Assembly (NCBI GenBank): GCA_030264375.1
Contig: JASCQW010000099.1
Location: forward strand, 42,918,090-42,982,089
Length of the DNA stretch: 64,000 bases
Origin: Carcharhinus longimanus
Taxonomy: Eukaryota
Direction: 5' to 3'
Below the pieces are notes generated by a model. That model did no database searches. It saw only the letters and a program-made list of their open reading frames with translations, and was not told where the DNA came from. Of this stretch, positions 1 through 13,041 are shown piece by piece (within the stretch, counting starts at the first letter, position 1; each line of letters opens with the position of its first letter). The position numbers and the translations under genes are program-made.

Positions 1-194
1 CCTCTCAGCAAGTTGCTGTTTAATTTGCACCTTAACAGTTTATGTGTTGTTCAGATGCTGTTATTTTTTTCAATAATTTCCAGCTCATATTTTTCAATTA
101 CATGTTGAGATTGATTCATCTTTGGTCTATTTTGTTCATAAGAACCTACATCTATATACCTTGCTGAGGTGGTTAAAATGCTTTTTTTTTGCAG

Positions 195-329
195 ATGACT
201 GTGAAGAAAACATTATCCAATTTCCGAAGAACTCACCACGATAACTGGCAAGAACATAAGCAGCAGTTCACAGATGATCAATTGGTGATTCTTGCGGACC
301 TCCTTGTGTCACCATGTTATTATGCCTGA
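195..329 (+). CDS. PSME4: Proteasome activator complex subunit 4 (PA200), last coding exon
   Basis: Acceptor tttttttttgcag, then [47 protein letters not shown]. This matches the recalled PA200 C-terminus ending in the HbYX-type YYA. PSME4 neighbours GPR75 in vertebrates. Upstream exons lie outside the window. Confidence 0.95.
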   Translation: MTVKKTLSNFRRTHHDNWQEHKQQFTDDQLVILADLLVSPCYYA

Positions 330-1599
330 GGAGGTATAACAGCTATTGAAATCAAGTATTTATAAAATACAATAATTGTCCTGTAGATTGCAAGTAAGAA
401 AATGTTGGATTTTGGGAAGGGAGTGGGTTTGGTTTTAAGATTGTATTATGAATGTTCTTGTGTATTGAGCAAAGTTTTAGAAAATTCCATTACCACATTA
501 CATTTGGAATAATAGTTGGTTGGAGTGTAGCATGAGTCTAATACAGTGAAGGTGCATTGCTTAAAAACCTACAAGAACTGAAGTGATTTTACTGGAGTCA
601 CTTGAACTTCAGATGTTTTGAAAAGCACAATTTAAATTAGTGGACCTGTTATAATCTGCATATGTTTATAAAATCTATTTGTAATTTACTATGTTTTTTT
701 TTAATTTCCTCTTTCTCCTCTCTCCAAACTGATTACTGTTTGAATTCTATCTTTGTTTAGATAACTAATTAAACTGCGTTTGTTTGTACTGGGAAAGTAA
801 ATGCTCCCAGTCAGGTATAATATGCATTAAATGTAAGCTAGTGTTTCCTTTGCAAGGTTCTAGAATAAAGGAGGTGAGGCTACAGTAGAGAAAGCTCCCG
901 CCTTTGAGTTTTCAACTTATCACCAGGCAACTAATTAATATTGCTGCTTTGTGGTGCATTTTTTGCCAAAACACCAATGAGTTTTAGAGACTAAATCTGT
1001 CATAACGGCACAGTGTGTAAGAGCCAACATTTCTGATTAGCAGAGGAAATTTCTGCAAATATAAAAATTACCAATGACTGGAAACTGTTATAAACAGTGT
1101 GTGTTTTCCGAGGCTCTGGATCTTTGGATCAGCTTTTTCCAAAGCACCTGTTTGCATTTAAAAATCAATAAAATGCTCCCGGGATGGTTGTTGGCTGGCT
1201 CTGTAACCCATTGGAGTGGCTCAAGAGAACAGTGAAGGCATAAAACTGCTGGTCTCCATTAAACCCAAGATGAAAAAATTACAGAGCTTTTCTGATAGGT
1301 TGAAGAGGAATAAGCTGCACTTCGTACAGAAAGACAAATGAAAAGAGATGTGCATTGACAATAATATGTTTTTCATAATCCAAAAATATACTAGGATAGG
1401 GAATATTTTATGGTGAGGAAAAGGGATGGTTTTAAGTGTTCAGCCAATATGTTGCTGTCCCTGTAAGAAGGCATGCTCAACCTTATTCTAGATAATAAAA
1501 GAGAGAAAATAGAGTATCATGAGAAAATGGTGACCACAATGTATTTGGGTTCCATAAAAAACAGAGAAAACGGTAACTAGCAAAAAGAGAGGCATTTGG

Positions 1600-2020
1600 A
1601 CAGGTGACTGAAAGTTCAGCCAGAGATATGGGTTTTAATATTTGTGAAAGATGGCAAGATTTAGGGAGGAAATTCCAGTGCTTAGAATCTAAAGAGCTGA
1701 AGATATGGCCACCAATGACGGGCACAGAAAATAGAGTAATGCATAAGAGGCCAGAGTTGGCGGAATGCAAAGTTCTAGGGCTGGAAAAGGTTACAGACAT
1801 AAGAAGTAATGAGGCCATGGAAATTTTTGAACGTAAAGATGAGAATTTTAATATCAGGGCTCTGTTATACTGGGTGAATGGGATTGGTGCAAGTTACGGT
1901 ATGAGCAGTAGAGTTTCAGATGTGGTTAAGTTTTTATGGAGGATGAAAAAATGGGAGGCCAGCCAGGAAAGTATTAGAATAGTAGATCAGGAAGTAACAA
2001 AGTGATGGGTGAGGGACAAA
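1600..2020 (-). mobile_element. Degenerate LINE (L2-like) fragment
   Basis: Purine-rich + strand text typical of the antisense of L2 3' regions, similar in style to 34170-34590. Confidence 0.4.
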
Positions 2021-2609
2021 TACTGATTGAGTTGTATGTTTGTTGATTATCTATATAGATTTCTGTTTTCTTTGTAGCTACTCTTTAGTCAAACATAATT
2101 CTTATAATAGTTACCCTCAAATATTATTTTTGGTTTGTTAATATGGTTATGGGGGATCATTGATCTAAATGTCTGCTACATTCTTGATTGTCACAGTCCT
2201 TGGAAATATCAATACAAAAATAACATGGTAATGGGTAAAGTGTGTAAAATAAAGAAGTAGGTAGCCTGAGATTGAGTTGGCAAACATTGTTTGTCTAATC
2301 TGATGGCTTGTGTGGGCTTAGTTATATGTATCTCAACATTGTCCTCTGGCAATTTGATGAGGACCAACACTGGTATTTATTGTAAAGGTATCCAAGAGGA
2401 GAGTAGTGGCACAATGGTTTAGTAAATTTTCCTTTCACTTCCCAAACTAGTTGGTTAGAGAGCTAATCCTGGGCATATGAGTTCTTTTTAAAATGAGTGT
2501 GGGTAGTCTCAACCCACTTCTTGGTGGATATGAGCTCACAGCACCAAACTGATCCTAGTTTAGCACTGCTGTGAGCTATGACTCAGTCAGAGCAGCCTTG
2601 CCTTTGAAT

Positions 2610-3015
2610 CAATAGGTTGTGGGTTGGGATCTCACTGCAGAGACTTGCGTATATTATACGAGACAGACATTCAGTACCATGCTTAGGGAGCACTACACAC
2701 AGTACCATTTTCATAAAGCGATTAATGGGAGTCTGCCATCGGATGGATGTAAAAAAAAAAATCCCCTGGCAATATTCAAAGAAGAGTAATAGAGTCCTCT
2801 TGATGTCCCAACTAACATTTGTTTTCAGCAAATGCCTAAAACAGATTACCTGGTCATTTTTGCATTGCAGTTTCTTGAGGCTCTTCTGTCCCCAAGTTAG
2901 CTGTTGTGTTTCCCAAATTGTGATAGTGACTATTCTTCAAATGCATTTAATTAGCATAAAATGTTTTGGGACATTCATGAGATTGCAAAAGGCACAATAT
3001 GAAAGCAACTCTTAT
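2610..3015 (+). mobile_element. Deu-domain SINE (SacSINE1/AmnSINE1-like), diverged
   Basis: Recognisable blocks ggatgtaaaa..atccc.tggca.tattc.aagaagag, acagatta.ctggtcatt and the L2-like tail tttgggacat...gaaagcaa. Confidence 0.6.
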
Positions 3016-3875
3016 TTTCTTAAGTTGTTTGTTGTCGTGAGAGATGACATAAAAATGGCTAATATGGGAGTGAATAATATTTATTATGGCGTGCTGTGGA
3101 ATGCTTTACCGAAGATGAAATTAGAGTTTCTTCCTCCTTTTTGTTCACTGGTTTTCTCCACTCCTCTCCTGGAATGTTTGATACCTTACTGGAATATGGC
3201 AGTCTTTGGTACCTGACTGGTGTGGGTGTCAACAAATAATTTGACCAGAACTGCCACGGTTGAACACATCCCTGTTTAAGCCCAACACTTGAATGCAAAG
3301 TAACAACTAGGAGTGGAAACTTTGGCAAATTTCACCTGATCACTTTGTTCAAACAGCCATATTGAATCAATGAGTGTAGTGATTTTCAATAGTAGCCTTC
3401 AAGAGGGAATTGGACATATAGTTAAAGAATAAGAATTTCATGACTGAGGAAAGAGCAAGGATGTGATAAAATTTCCGCTTGAAAGAATTGCTGCGGACTT
3501 GATAAGATGAATGGCCGCCTTCTGAATTCTATGATTCTATAATTTTTTTTACAAATTAATAAAAATAATCACGCTTGGATTGAATGGAAAGAATATTGTC
3601 AAATATATCAACAGCAAAACATTTTAACAGGAGATACAACAGGTACAAATAAAGTATATTCCAACACAACAAAAGGGAGGGGGGAAGGTGCCATGAATTG
3701 AAAGAACAATTAGGTCAAATTCAGCACTTAAAAATGTTTAACGATAAAGAAAGCTAGGAGAAATATACTCTATATCATGGAGCAATATATTGTCTAAAAT
3801 CAGCTTAATCCCCAATAGAGTCTCAAACTTCAGCTCTTGACTATTCATCTCCTTCCTGTCTGCTGATGATCAAGA

Positions 3876-3960
3876 TGTGGAGATGCCGGCGTTGGACTGG
3901 GGTAAACACAGTAAGAAGTCTGACCACTTCTGTTGTCAGACTTCTTACTGTGCTCATGCC
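3876..3960. repeat. Inverted remnant of a Penelope-like element terminus forming a perfect 18-bp hairpin
   Basis: cacagtaagaagtctgac (3907-3924) pairs with gtcagacttcttactgtg (3935-3952). The sequence resembles the PLE end at about 61185-61204. Confidence 0.6.
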
Positions 3961-5089
3961 CAAGACACACACTTCTAACCTCTGCCAATCTGTAACCAAA
4001 GTAAATCATCTCTCCCTTCATATGGTGCATGTTTTGCCTCGTGTTTCAGACTGAAGATGGCTTGTTGCAGGCCCTTTTTTTTAAAAATTGTCATCTGTGC
4101 CTGTGTCAACACCAGACTAGACTATTCTAATGTTCTCCTAGTCAGCTTCTCATCCCCCATAAACTTAAGTTCATCCGAAGTTTTGTTTCCAGGATCCTAT
4201 ATTGCTCATAATGTGTCATCACTGTCCTCACTGATCTTTATGGCCTTGTTTGTTCCTATCCTTTCCTCTGATTGCCACCATCTTTCCTCATTTTACCCCA
4301 CCACTTGGCAGCTGTATATCATTGGAAGAAGAACCAAAGAATCACTATGGATACAGAGGGAGGCCTTTCGGCCCATCAAGTGGAATCCACTCGAACTCTC
4401 CAAAAGAGCATCGTACCCAATTGTTTTTAAATCACCCATCATGAAGCACTCTGGGTTGATTCTTGATTTTAAAGGTTCTGCATAAATGCAAGTTGTTGCC
4501 TTCTAGATTATGAAGAGCTGTTGTAAATAGTGAGGGATTGGTTCCACTGGTCAACAGGACAGTAACAGCAGATAGAAATTTACCGTATTCATTAAAGGGA
4601 AATAAAATAGACATCTTGACACAAGTTATGGTTAGAATGGGGAATTCTTTGATAAACGCCTTTGAACCAGAATCCATAATTGTTTTTAGAAAATTGAATC
4701 GACTAGTTTTTTTTAAATAAATATTAAATGGTATGGGGTTTGGGAGTAAGAGGAAAAATACAAACCCAAACTTAATGGGCCAAATGATCTTGTTTCTGTT
4801 AAGCAATATCCCATGATTCAAAGGTACTTCCTCTCTTTTTTAAATCCCCATTCTAGACAGAAAGTGTGTTTCTCTTTTAATTCTCCCATAATTTTTGTGA
4901 TTTTGGTAACTCAGTAAGTTTACTGAATATGCACTTTGATTCAGATTCATGAGTAAGTAGGTTGTGATTTTGAAATATTAGTCCAAGAGATGGTGCTTTC
5001 TATTTTCTACTGAATTTGGCAGTGTTTCAAACTCATTTGTAATTTTCAATTCACAATCTGCTGCAATTTGATATTAATATTTTAATTTT

Positions 5090-5235
5090 GAATTGATTTA
5101 TTATTGTCACATGTATTAGCATATAGTGAAAAATATTGTTTCTTGCGAGCTATACAGACGAAGCATCCTGTTCATAGAGAAGGAAACAAGTGCGGAATGC
5201 AGTCTTACAGTTATAGCTAGGGTGTAGAGAATGGT
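5090..5235 (-). mobile_element. 3' end of a Rex1/Babar-like LINE
   Basis: Near-identical to 30280-30430 (tttattattgtcaca...gttatagctagg.tgtagaga). Confidence 0.6.
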
Positions 5236-5489
5236 AAATGAATGTGGATAAATGAAGTGTACAATAGCTGATCTAATGAAATTAATAACTCCCATCAGTC
5301 ATGTGAACAAATATTCTGTGTACAGATACACTCTCTCAGAGAACAGTGCTAAGTGGCAAATAATGGGATAGAGAAGAAGGGAGTAAATATTGTATTTCTG
5401 TTCCAACTTTAAACCTAACCTGCTTGTCTTTGATGTTTGGAATTGGACCAATTTAGATCTCACAATGTTTTCTCTTCTTTATCTCTTAG

Positions 5490-6525
5490 ACAGTAGGAGT
5501 TCTGTTGACACTAACGGAAAGGAGTGTTGGTGCTACTACTAATGAACAAAGGAGAACATTTGTTTTGTACATATGCCTGAGAATCCCAACAACTGTATAA
5601 GTCTTCTGAAGAACCAAGAAGCTGCAAATACTGACTTTTTTGTTCCCTTAAAGATATGTAAATCTTTTCCAGTCTAAATACATAAGAATTCACAACAGCA
5701 GAAATTCTGTATGTATGTAAATGTTTAGTAGAATTTTCACTAATATATGGACAGTTTTTTTGCTTACTTACAAAAAAATTGTAATTAAACAAAAATCATT
5801 CTGCTGAATTTGTAAAATTCTTGTACAGTTTTTGCTCAAAACATCTTCAATTTCTTGACTGCTCTTATGACAGCTCTGCTGGCTATTTCATAACTTATAT
5901 TTAGAGCTGTAAAAGAAATGTAAAAACTGTAGAAACAGGAGACTAGCTAATACATTTGTACAAAATGTAATCTTCAAAGACCTTGTGTTGTGATCTTTGT
6001 TGTTGAGTTTCATTGTAGATGCAATGGTGTAAACTTAATAGTGGTTTTGTCTTCAGATCATGTGCTTTACTCGTGTAGGGCTATGCTTTCAAAAATGCAT
6101 TTTAGCCCTCAGGTTTGCTAAACTATAGAAGGTTTATCATGCTGCTGATCTTGGTGTGTTTAAATAATTTTAAATTGTCTCAATATCTTTAGTCTTTTTA
6201 TCCAATTATTTTATCTTTATTTGCTTCCTTGGTTGTTAAGCATTTGTTTATACATAGTTTGGTGGCAGCATCAAATGTACAATCCTTTGGATGATTAGCA
6301 TGATAAACTATGGGTAAAAGGTCAGATCGTATTGCTCATCATAACATGTCAAAGACTTAACCACTATATAGGGTAGTGCCAAAAAAGTGATTTTTGATGT
6401 ACTATTTGGTTATTTTAAAACCAATAAATGGATTGTTTGTAACAAATTTGTGTTGTTTTGTGAGATTGAGTGTAATCTTTCTTAAGAATTGTATGTTTAT
6501 AATAAAAAAGTATTTATTATGAAAC
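5490..6525 (+). other. PSME4: Probable non-coding terminal (3'UTR) exon of PSME4
   Basis: Donor GAG|gtataa at 333/334 just after the stop codon. Strong acceptor ttttctcttctttatctcttag ends at 5489. The sequence is AU-rich and repeat-free with TGTA motifs, and has AATAAA at 6423 and 6501. The exon structure is inferred. Confidence 0.55.
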
Positions 6526-8329
6526 TTTTTTAAGATATCAGTATAGATTCTGTAGGAAGACTAAATTTTTCCTTATTCTGTCAGTCTTCACATGGTTCAG
6601 AAAATCATTCCAGAGGACAATTTATTCAAATCTCTTTGACACCCACACCTAGCCTAGTTGGAATTGTAACCACAGATTTTTCACCCTTTTGGTTCCCTGC
6701 ATAAAGCTGTACCTGTACATGAATATAACTGCATTCAGGTGTTGGAGTATACTCTGGTTTTGTCAAATGGAAAGATGGTGGAGACTAATGAGAGACTTTA
6801 TCTGCTTACAGCATCCATCCAATCCCGCAGCATTACAGTATTTTTTTTTTGGGAACAAACTATAAGCTGATGATTCTCAGACACTTTGTTCCATGTGATG
6901 AGTTTTGCATTTTGGTAATCAGGTCTAAGGTATCCTATGGTCAGGAGAGCTCTGTCAAAATTGTGGTTCTGAAACCATTGAGTTGTTGAGGGATGGAGTC
7001 CATGTTCTGTTATGTATCTCAATAGTGTCAACTGTCTTTTGCTCAATTGCAGGTCACTGCAACCAAGCCTATCCTGTTCTCACCCACTGCCTCCATGCAG
7101 CCATTTCCAGGTTGTGTCATTGGATAGCAATTGTAGTGCAGATACATTTTCAATCTCGGCCACTCTGACAAGACAACTTAATTTAATGTGAACAGGGCTT
7201 TGAACTTGGATCCTTTCTAGTCTGTGTGGAGGAGCTACCAACTAGCAGTCAGGGGAACCTTTGATAACAAACGTCATTTGTAAGTGCTCCTAGGTAAACA
7301 TTGAAGCAGTCTGTTTTAGTGGCAATGACCATAATGTTTATCTTTTATGTCAAAAATTGGTGTACAGTTTGGTTCAGATCTGCAATACTTTTGAAGGTTC
7401 ATATTTTCAACAGTTAGCCCTAAATGGTTATGTTTTCTGCATTCTTTTGCTTTCAAACCCAGGTATTACACACTCTTCCCTAACACAGACAGACAACCTA
7501 ATCTGTTCCCCACTTTGTTAATGAACTCATGCATTTCCATGGAATTTGTAAGCCCTAACCCTCCTCTAGTCCAAAAGAAATCCATCTTTTTGCACTGATC
7601 AAAGTTCACATGGAAAACTAGTGAAGTCCTCAAACCAAGTATTAAAAATTTTTGTCCTGACTGAAATGTAAAAATAACTTTGGAAAAAAAAATCCTGTAA
7701 TCCTGTGGTACAGATCAGGATGTATTATCTCCACTCTGAGAATTCACTGATGAGTGGAGAACAAAAATGGGAAAATTCTTCTTTGGAATGTTTTCTATTA
7801 CAGACAATATAGATTTGGCAACAGAGCATCAGTGAAAATCTAAAATTTTTTTTCATGCATTGTTAGGAGCTTTCAATCCAGCTAGACGTTATCTTGTTCA
7901 TATTGCTGGTTAGAATTACTCTTTCCAAGAGTAGACATGGTTACAGACAATGCAGAATTCTGAGGAAATTGTTTCCAGGTGTGTTTATGTCCTGGACCTC
8001 TAAAGCACCCCTGAGCACTTCCTAAATCCAGATTAATCTCCCAATGCATTTGACACCACAAGTGCAACTTCATTCAGTAAGAGACAAGTTCTTCAAGGGG
8101 ATCTCATAGTGCTTTAGAATCATGGGGCTATATTTTCATCTGGAGGGGACTGGAAAATAGAATTTAGACTGTTTCTAGGTGCTGCACCTGCCTGGGGTGG
8201 GTGAGTAACTAACTTATTGGGGTGCTCCTTTCATTGGGATAGTGACAGATTCTCTATCTGGTTAAAGACAATGGGGCTGACTCTCAAAGCTAGAAGGCCA
8301 AAGACAGACTTAATACATTGGAAACAACA

Positions 8330-9460
8330 AAGGAACACCTTAGCCAGTCAACCTTGCAAAATCCTCCACACTAATATGTGGACCTGTGCCAAAATTGAGA
8401 GAACTGGTCAATCAACAGCCTGACATCATAATAATCATCAAATCACACCTTACAGCCAATATCCCAGACTTTTCTAGTATCCATCATCTAGAGTGGCTTA
8501 ATAGCTCCACTACTGATCGAGCCAGCTGAGTCCTGACAGAAATATTTGTTGTTCTGGGTCTGTGAAGGGTGGGGAGAAAATGAAAATGAGGAAAAAACTT
8601 ACTTGACTTCATCCTCACCTGTCACAGATGGATCTGTCCAAGATATTACTTGAGGGAGTAACCACTGCACGGCCCTTATGGAAATTTTCACACTGAGTCT
8701 CATTTTCACACTGAGGATACAATCCATCTTCTATGGGACTACTTCCATGCTAAATGGGAGAATCTCAGACAGGTACCAAGACTTTCTCCGCTGAAGGAGA
8801 TGACCAGCAAACTACCAGATTTTCATGGAAAACTAGATATTTTCTTTGACAATCTGGTAGTTTGATCATCATTACTGAGACTATTGAAGATGTATTAATG
8901 GAGAAGCTACAACATAGGGCTACTTGGATTCTGTGCAGCAAAGCAGCATGGTATAGACAATTAAGCAATCCCACAATCAAAGGATCAGCTCTGTGGTCCT
9001 GCCACATCTTGTCATGAGTGGTGGTCACCAACTAAATAATTAAACAGGAGGAAGCTCCACAACATCCCCATCCTCCGTGATGGCGGACCCATGCACATTA
9101 GTGTAAAAGGCAAGGCTGTAATGTATGCAATGATTGTCAATCAAAAGTATCAAATGGATGGTCCATCTCAACCTCCTCCTGAGGTCACCACCATTTGCAG
9201 ATGTCAGTCTTCAGAAAATTCAATTCATCTCGCATGATATCAAGAAATGGCTAAACATACAGGATAAAACAAAATCAATGGTCGCTGACAACTTTCCAGA
9301 TGTATTCCTGAGGATTTGTGCTCCAGAAAAAGTATGTCCTTAGCCAAGCTATTCCTGTAATGCCACAACACTGAGATCTACCTCAAATTTCCCAGATATG
9401 TTCTGTCTACAAAAAGCAAGACAAATCCAATCTAGCCAATTACAACCATATTTGGTAACT
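8330..9460 (+). mobile_element. Fragmented, degenerate CR1-like LINE
   Basis: Blocks such as cagctctgtggtcctgccacatc, aagaaatggct...gctgacaac.ttccag and caaatcca..c.agccaattac are typical of shark CR1-group RT regions. Many stops and frameshifts. Confidence 0.45.
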
Positions 9461-11084
9461 AATCTGAGAAGAGAGAGCACATGTTCTAGATATCGGACTC
9501 CAGAGATTAAAAATATTAGAATTAGGGGAGTTCTGACCCAAGGTGGCAATGCTTAAAATGCCAGAGCTGTTTGTGTTGAATGGGCAATCTACAACCATGG
9601 AACAGTTGGAGGAGATTTGAAGAGAAAATTTTAGCAGGTTGAAGGTCCAAAAAAGCTTGCATGAATCTTTGAATCGTTGTTTCCCATTCACCTGCCAAAT
9701 TTGTTTAATCACTCTTCAAAAGCATCAGATGTCATAATGGAGGAAAAACCCTGAGTCATGTATGGACATACTGAACTTTTATATAAGACCTATTCTAAGA
9801 TTGGACATAAGAAGCCCAGGATGGCTAACAATGTAAATTCAGCCATTGGCTGAATTGCTGGTGAATGGCACTAAGGGAGAAGCAAGAGAACTGCATCCTG
9901 TTTTCAGACAAAGACACATCAAAAGCACAAAAGCAATATGGAAATTGTCATCTCCTGTAGAGAAAATGGGAGTGATTCAAGGCAATGCCTTGACCAATCA
10001 GGGTTATGCTGCCTGGTATAAATTTGCAAACAATATTTGACAGTTAACTGTCTGTCACATTTAAATGGTGCATTCTCCATGGCAATGCCTCTCCAAATCA
10101 TATTCCACCACCAACCAATCATTTACAGGCTAAGTAAATTTAGACTGAGATGAGAAAGATTGTGCTGAATCACTGAGCCACAGTGCTACCACCCTAAATC
10201 TGACTTCCTGATAAGAACCTGTCTATCTTTCTTGGCACTCGCTCATTGATATACCTGGTTCCATTACCCATGCTGATAANNNNNNNNNNNNNNNNNNNNN
10301 NNNNNNNNNNNNNNNNNNNNNNNNNNNNNNNNNNNNNNNNNNNNNNNNNNNNNNNNNNNNNNNNNNNNNNNNNNNNNNNNNNNNNNNNNNNNNNNNNNNN
10401 NNNNNNNNNNNNNNNNNNNNNNNNNNNNNNNNNNNNNNNNNNNNNNNNNNNNNNNNNNNNNNNNNNNNNNNNNNNNNNNNNNNNNNNNNNNNNNNNNNNN
10501 NNNNNNNNNNNNNNNNNNNNNNNNNNNNNNNNNNNNNNNNNNNNNNNNNNNNNNNNNNNNNNNNNNNNNNNNNNNNNNNNNNNNNNNNNNNNNNNNNNNN
10601 NNNNNNNNNNNNNNNNNNNNNNNNNNNNNNNNNNNNNNNNNNNNNNNNNNNNNNNNNNNNNNNNNNNNNNNNNNNNNNNNNNNNNNNNNNNNNNNNNNNN
10701 NNNNNNNNNNNNNNNNNNNNNNNNNNNNNNNNNNNNNNNNNNNNNNNNNNNNNNNNNNNNNNNNNNNNNNNNNNNNNNNNNNNNNNNNNNNNNNNNNNNN
10801 NNNNNNNNNNNNNNNNNNNNNNNNNNNNNNNNNNNNNNNNNNNNNNNNNNNNNNNNNNNNNNNNNNNNNNNNNNNNNNNNNNNNNNNNNNNNNNNNNNNN
10901 NNNNNNNNNNNNNNNNNNNNNNNNNNNNNNNNNNNNNNNNNNNNNNNNNNNNNNNNNNNNNNNNNNNNNNNNNNNNNNNNNNNNNNNNNNNNNNNNNNNN
11001 NNNNNNNNNNNNNNNNNNNNNNNNNNNNNNNNNNNNNNNNNNNNNNNNNNNATTTATATCATTTGATCCATACCACATGTTTTC

Positions 11085-11402
11085 ATAGAATCCCTACAGT
11101 GCAGAAAGAAGCCATTCAGCCCATTGAGTTTGCACCAACCACAATCCCACCCAGGCCCTATTCCTGTAACCCCACATATTTACCCTGCTAATCCCCCTGA
11201 CACTAGGGTCAATTTAGCATGACTAATCAATCTAACATGGACATCTTTGGACTGTGGGAGGAAACCAGAGCACCTAGAGGAAACCCTCACAAACACAGGG
11301 GGAATGTGCAAATTCCATACAGATGGAAACCCAAGACTGGAAATGAACCTGGATCCCTGGCACAGTGAGGCAGCAGTGCTAACCACTGTGCCACCGTGCT
11401 GC
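11085..11402 (-). mobile_element. HE1-type V-SINE (tRNA-derived)
   Basis: Reverse complement reads gcagcacggtggcacagtggttagcactgctgcctcac (A box) ... ctgcactgtagggattctatg tail. Confidence 0.85.
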
Positions 11403-11889
11403 TCCATGGAATTGCCAGGAAACATTTGATTCAATGTCAGTAAATGTAAGACTCAATTTGTTCAGCATTGTAATATGAATACATGAGTGACTTGATGTAA
11501 TTACTCTGGACCTAAATTATTTTAAACTTTCATTGATACAGTATAATTAAGCACCTCGGTTTTGTATATTTTACAAGTTATCTAACTTCTCCCAGAAGGA
11601 AAACGGAGTGATAAGAATATGTCATGGTTATGGTGAGCCGGTAGGTAAGTGGAGCTGAGTCTACAAAAAGATCTTATTGAATGATGGAGCAGGNNNNNNN
11701 NNNNNNNNNNNNNNNNNNNNNNNNNNNNNNNNNNNNNNNNNNNNNNNNNNNNNNNNNNNNNNNNNNNNNNNNNNNNNNNNNNNNNNNNNNNNNNNNNNNN
11801 NNNNNNNNNNNNNNNNNNNNNNNNNNNNNNNNNNNNNNNNNNNNNNNNNNNNNNNNNNNNNNNNNNNNNNNNNNNNNTCTTGCCCCCAT

Positions 11890-11926
11890 GCACACAGGCA
11901 GACAGACAGACACACACACACACACA
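11890..11926 (+). repeat. (CA)n/(CAGA)n microsatellite
   Basis: Directly visible; a second (CA)n run lies at 12367-12379. Confidence 0.9.
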
Positions 11927-11979
11927 GTGCTGCTGAAGCCAGATGCTGTGAATATTAAGAGTTGGGCCAGCTTGGAGCT

Positions 11980-12333
11980 GCACGGTGTGGCCACTCTGGT
12001 CACCTGGTGGAGCTCCGCTGCTGAGCCACTGCTAGGCGGGCAGCAGGCGCTTGGTGCAGTGCGCTGTGGAGGCGCGGACCTCCCGCTCCAGGAGTGCCAC
12101 CGTCGGAGCTCCAGCCCGGGGCTCCCTGTCGCTCCGGGGGCTGGGGGTGGTAGCTGAGCCGCACTGCCGGCCACAGTGCGGATTCCCGGGGAGATAATCC
12201 GGTGTTTGCAGCAATTAGCGGCAGATTGGGCAATGGGGAGAGTCACTGCCCATCCGCCCCTCCCGGGAAGGATTGAAAGTTAGTGTGGGAATTGCGGAGA
12301 CTGGAGGCGGCTCTCTCACTGCAGCCACTCGGG
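11980..12333 (+). promoter_or_regulatory. GPR75: CpG-rich promoter and non-coding exon 1 of GPR75
   Basis: GC/CpG-rich island ending in a consensus donor ctcggg|gtaagt (12333/12334). The matching acceptor tgtttgattgcatgtag ends at 12955. Vertebrate GPR75 has a 5'UTR exon plus one coding exon. The TSS is unknown. Confidence 0.65.
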
Positions 12334-12512
12334 GTAAGTGCGGCTGTGACTGGACTGTGCGCCAAACACACACACACACCTCTCCCTGGAAAATGTCGGC
12401 AAGCTCCGGGAATGGGGAGTTTCTCCCGGCTTTAACACACTGCGTTTTCCCCCTCACGTATTGAATTGTCTGTCACTCGGACACATTTATAACACAGTAG
12501 CTGCAGGGTAGG

Positions 12513-12830
12513 AATCATAGAATCCCTACAGTGCAGAAGGAGGACATTCAGCCCATCGATCGAGTCTGCACCCACCACAATCCCACCCAGGCCCTATCCC
12601 CGTACTCCATGCATTTACCCCAGCTAGACCCCCTGACACTAAGGGGTAATTTAGCATGGCCAATCCATCTAACCCACACATCTTTGGAGTGTGGGAGGAA
12701 ACTGGAGCACCTGGAGGAAACCCACACAGACATGGGGAGAGTGTGCAGGCTCCGCACAGTCACCCAAGCTGGGAATTGAACCCGGGTCCTTGGCGCTGTG
12801 AGGCAGCAATGCTGACCACTGTGCTGCTCT
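12513..12830 (-). mobile_element. HE1-type V-SINE in the GPR75 intron
   Basis: Same family as 11085-11402, full length. Confidence 0.85.
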
Positions 12831-13041
12831 AACCCCATGGGGGATGTTTGTAGCGAAGGGTTAACTTGGCTTTTCTGGTCAGCCAGAATTCAGGGTCAAT
12901 GCCAACACGTTGCCCTAATGTTTCCAACCAGTGAACTGTGTTTGATTGCATGTAGGTGCCACAGGGAGGACAAGGCGGCATTCGATGACCATCCTGGTGT
13001 CTCCACTTGGCCTTTTCAAAGCTGCTTTTCCAGACTGAAGG

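Noticed and set aside
2617-3216. 199-aa ORF
   Set aside because: Runs through a Deu-domain SINE; non-ATG start and no protein-like character.
10194-11088. Long ORFs of 280-294 aa and other X-rich ORFs
   Set aside because: Artefacts of N gaps (10280-11050, 11694-11877 and others).
11085-12830. tRNA-like A/B boxes
   Set aside because: These are SINE heads, not tRNA genes; they continue into the SINE body and tail.
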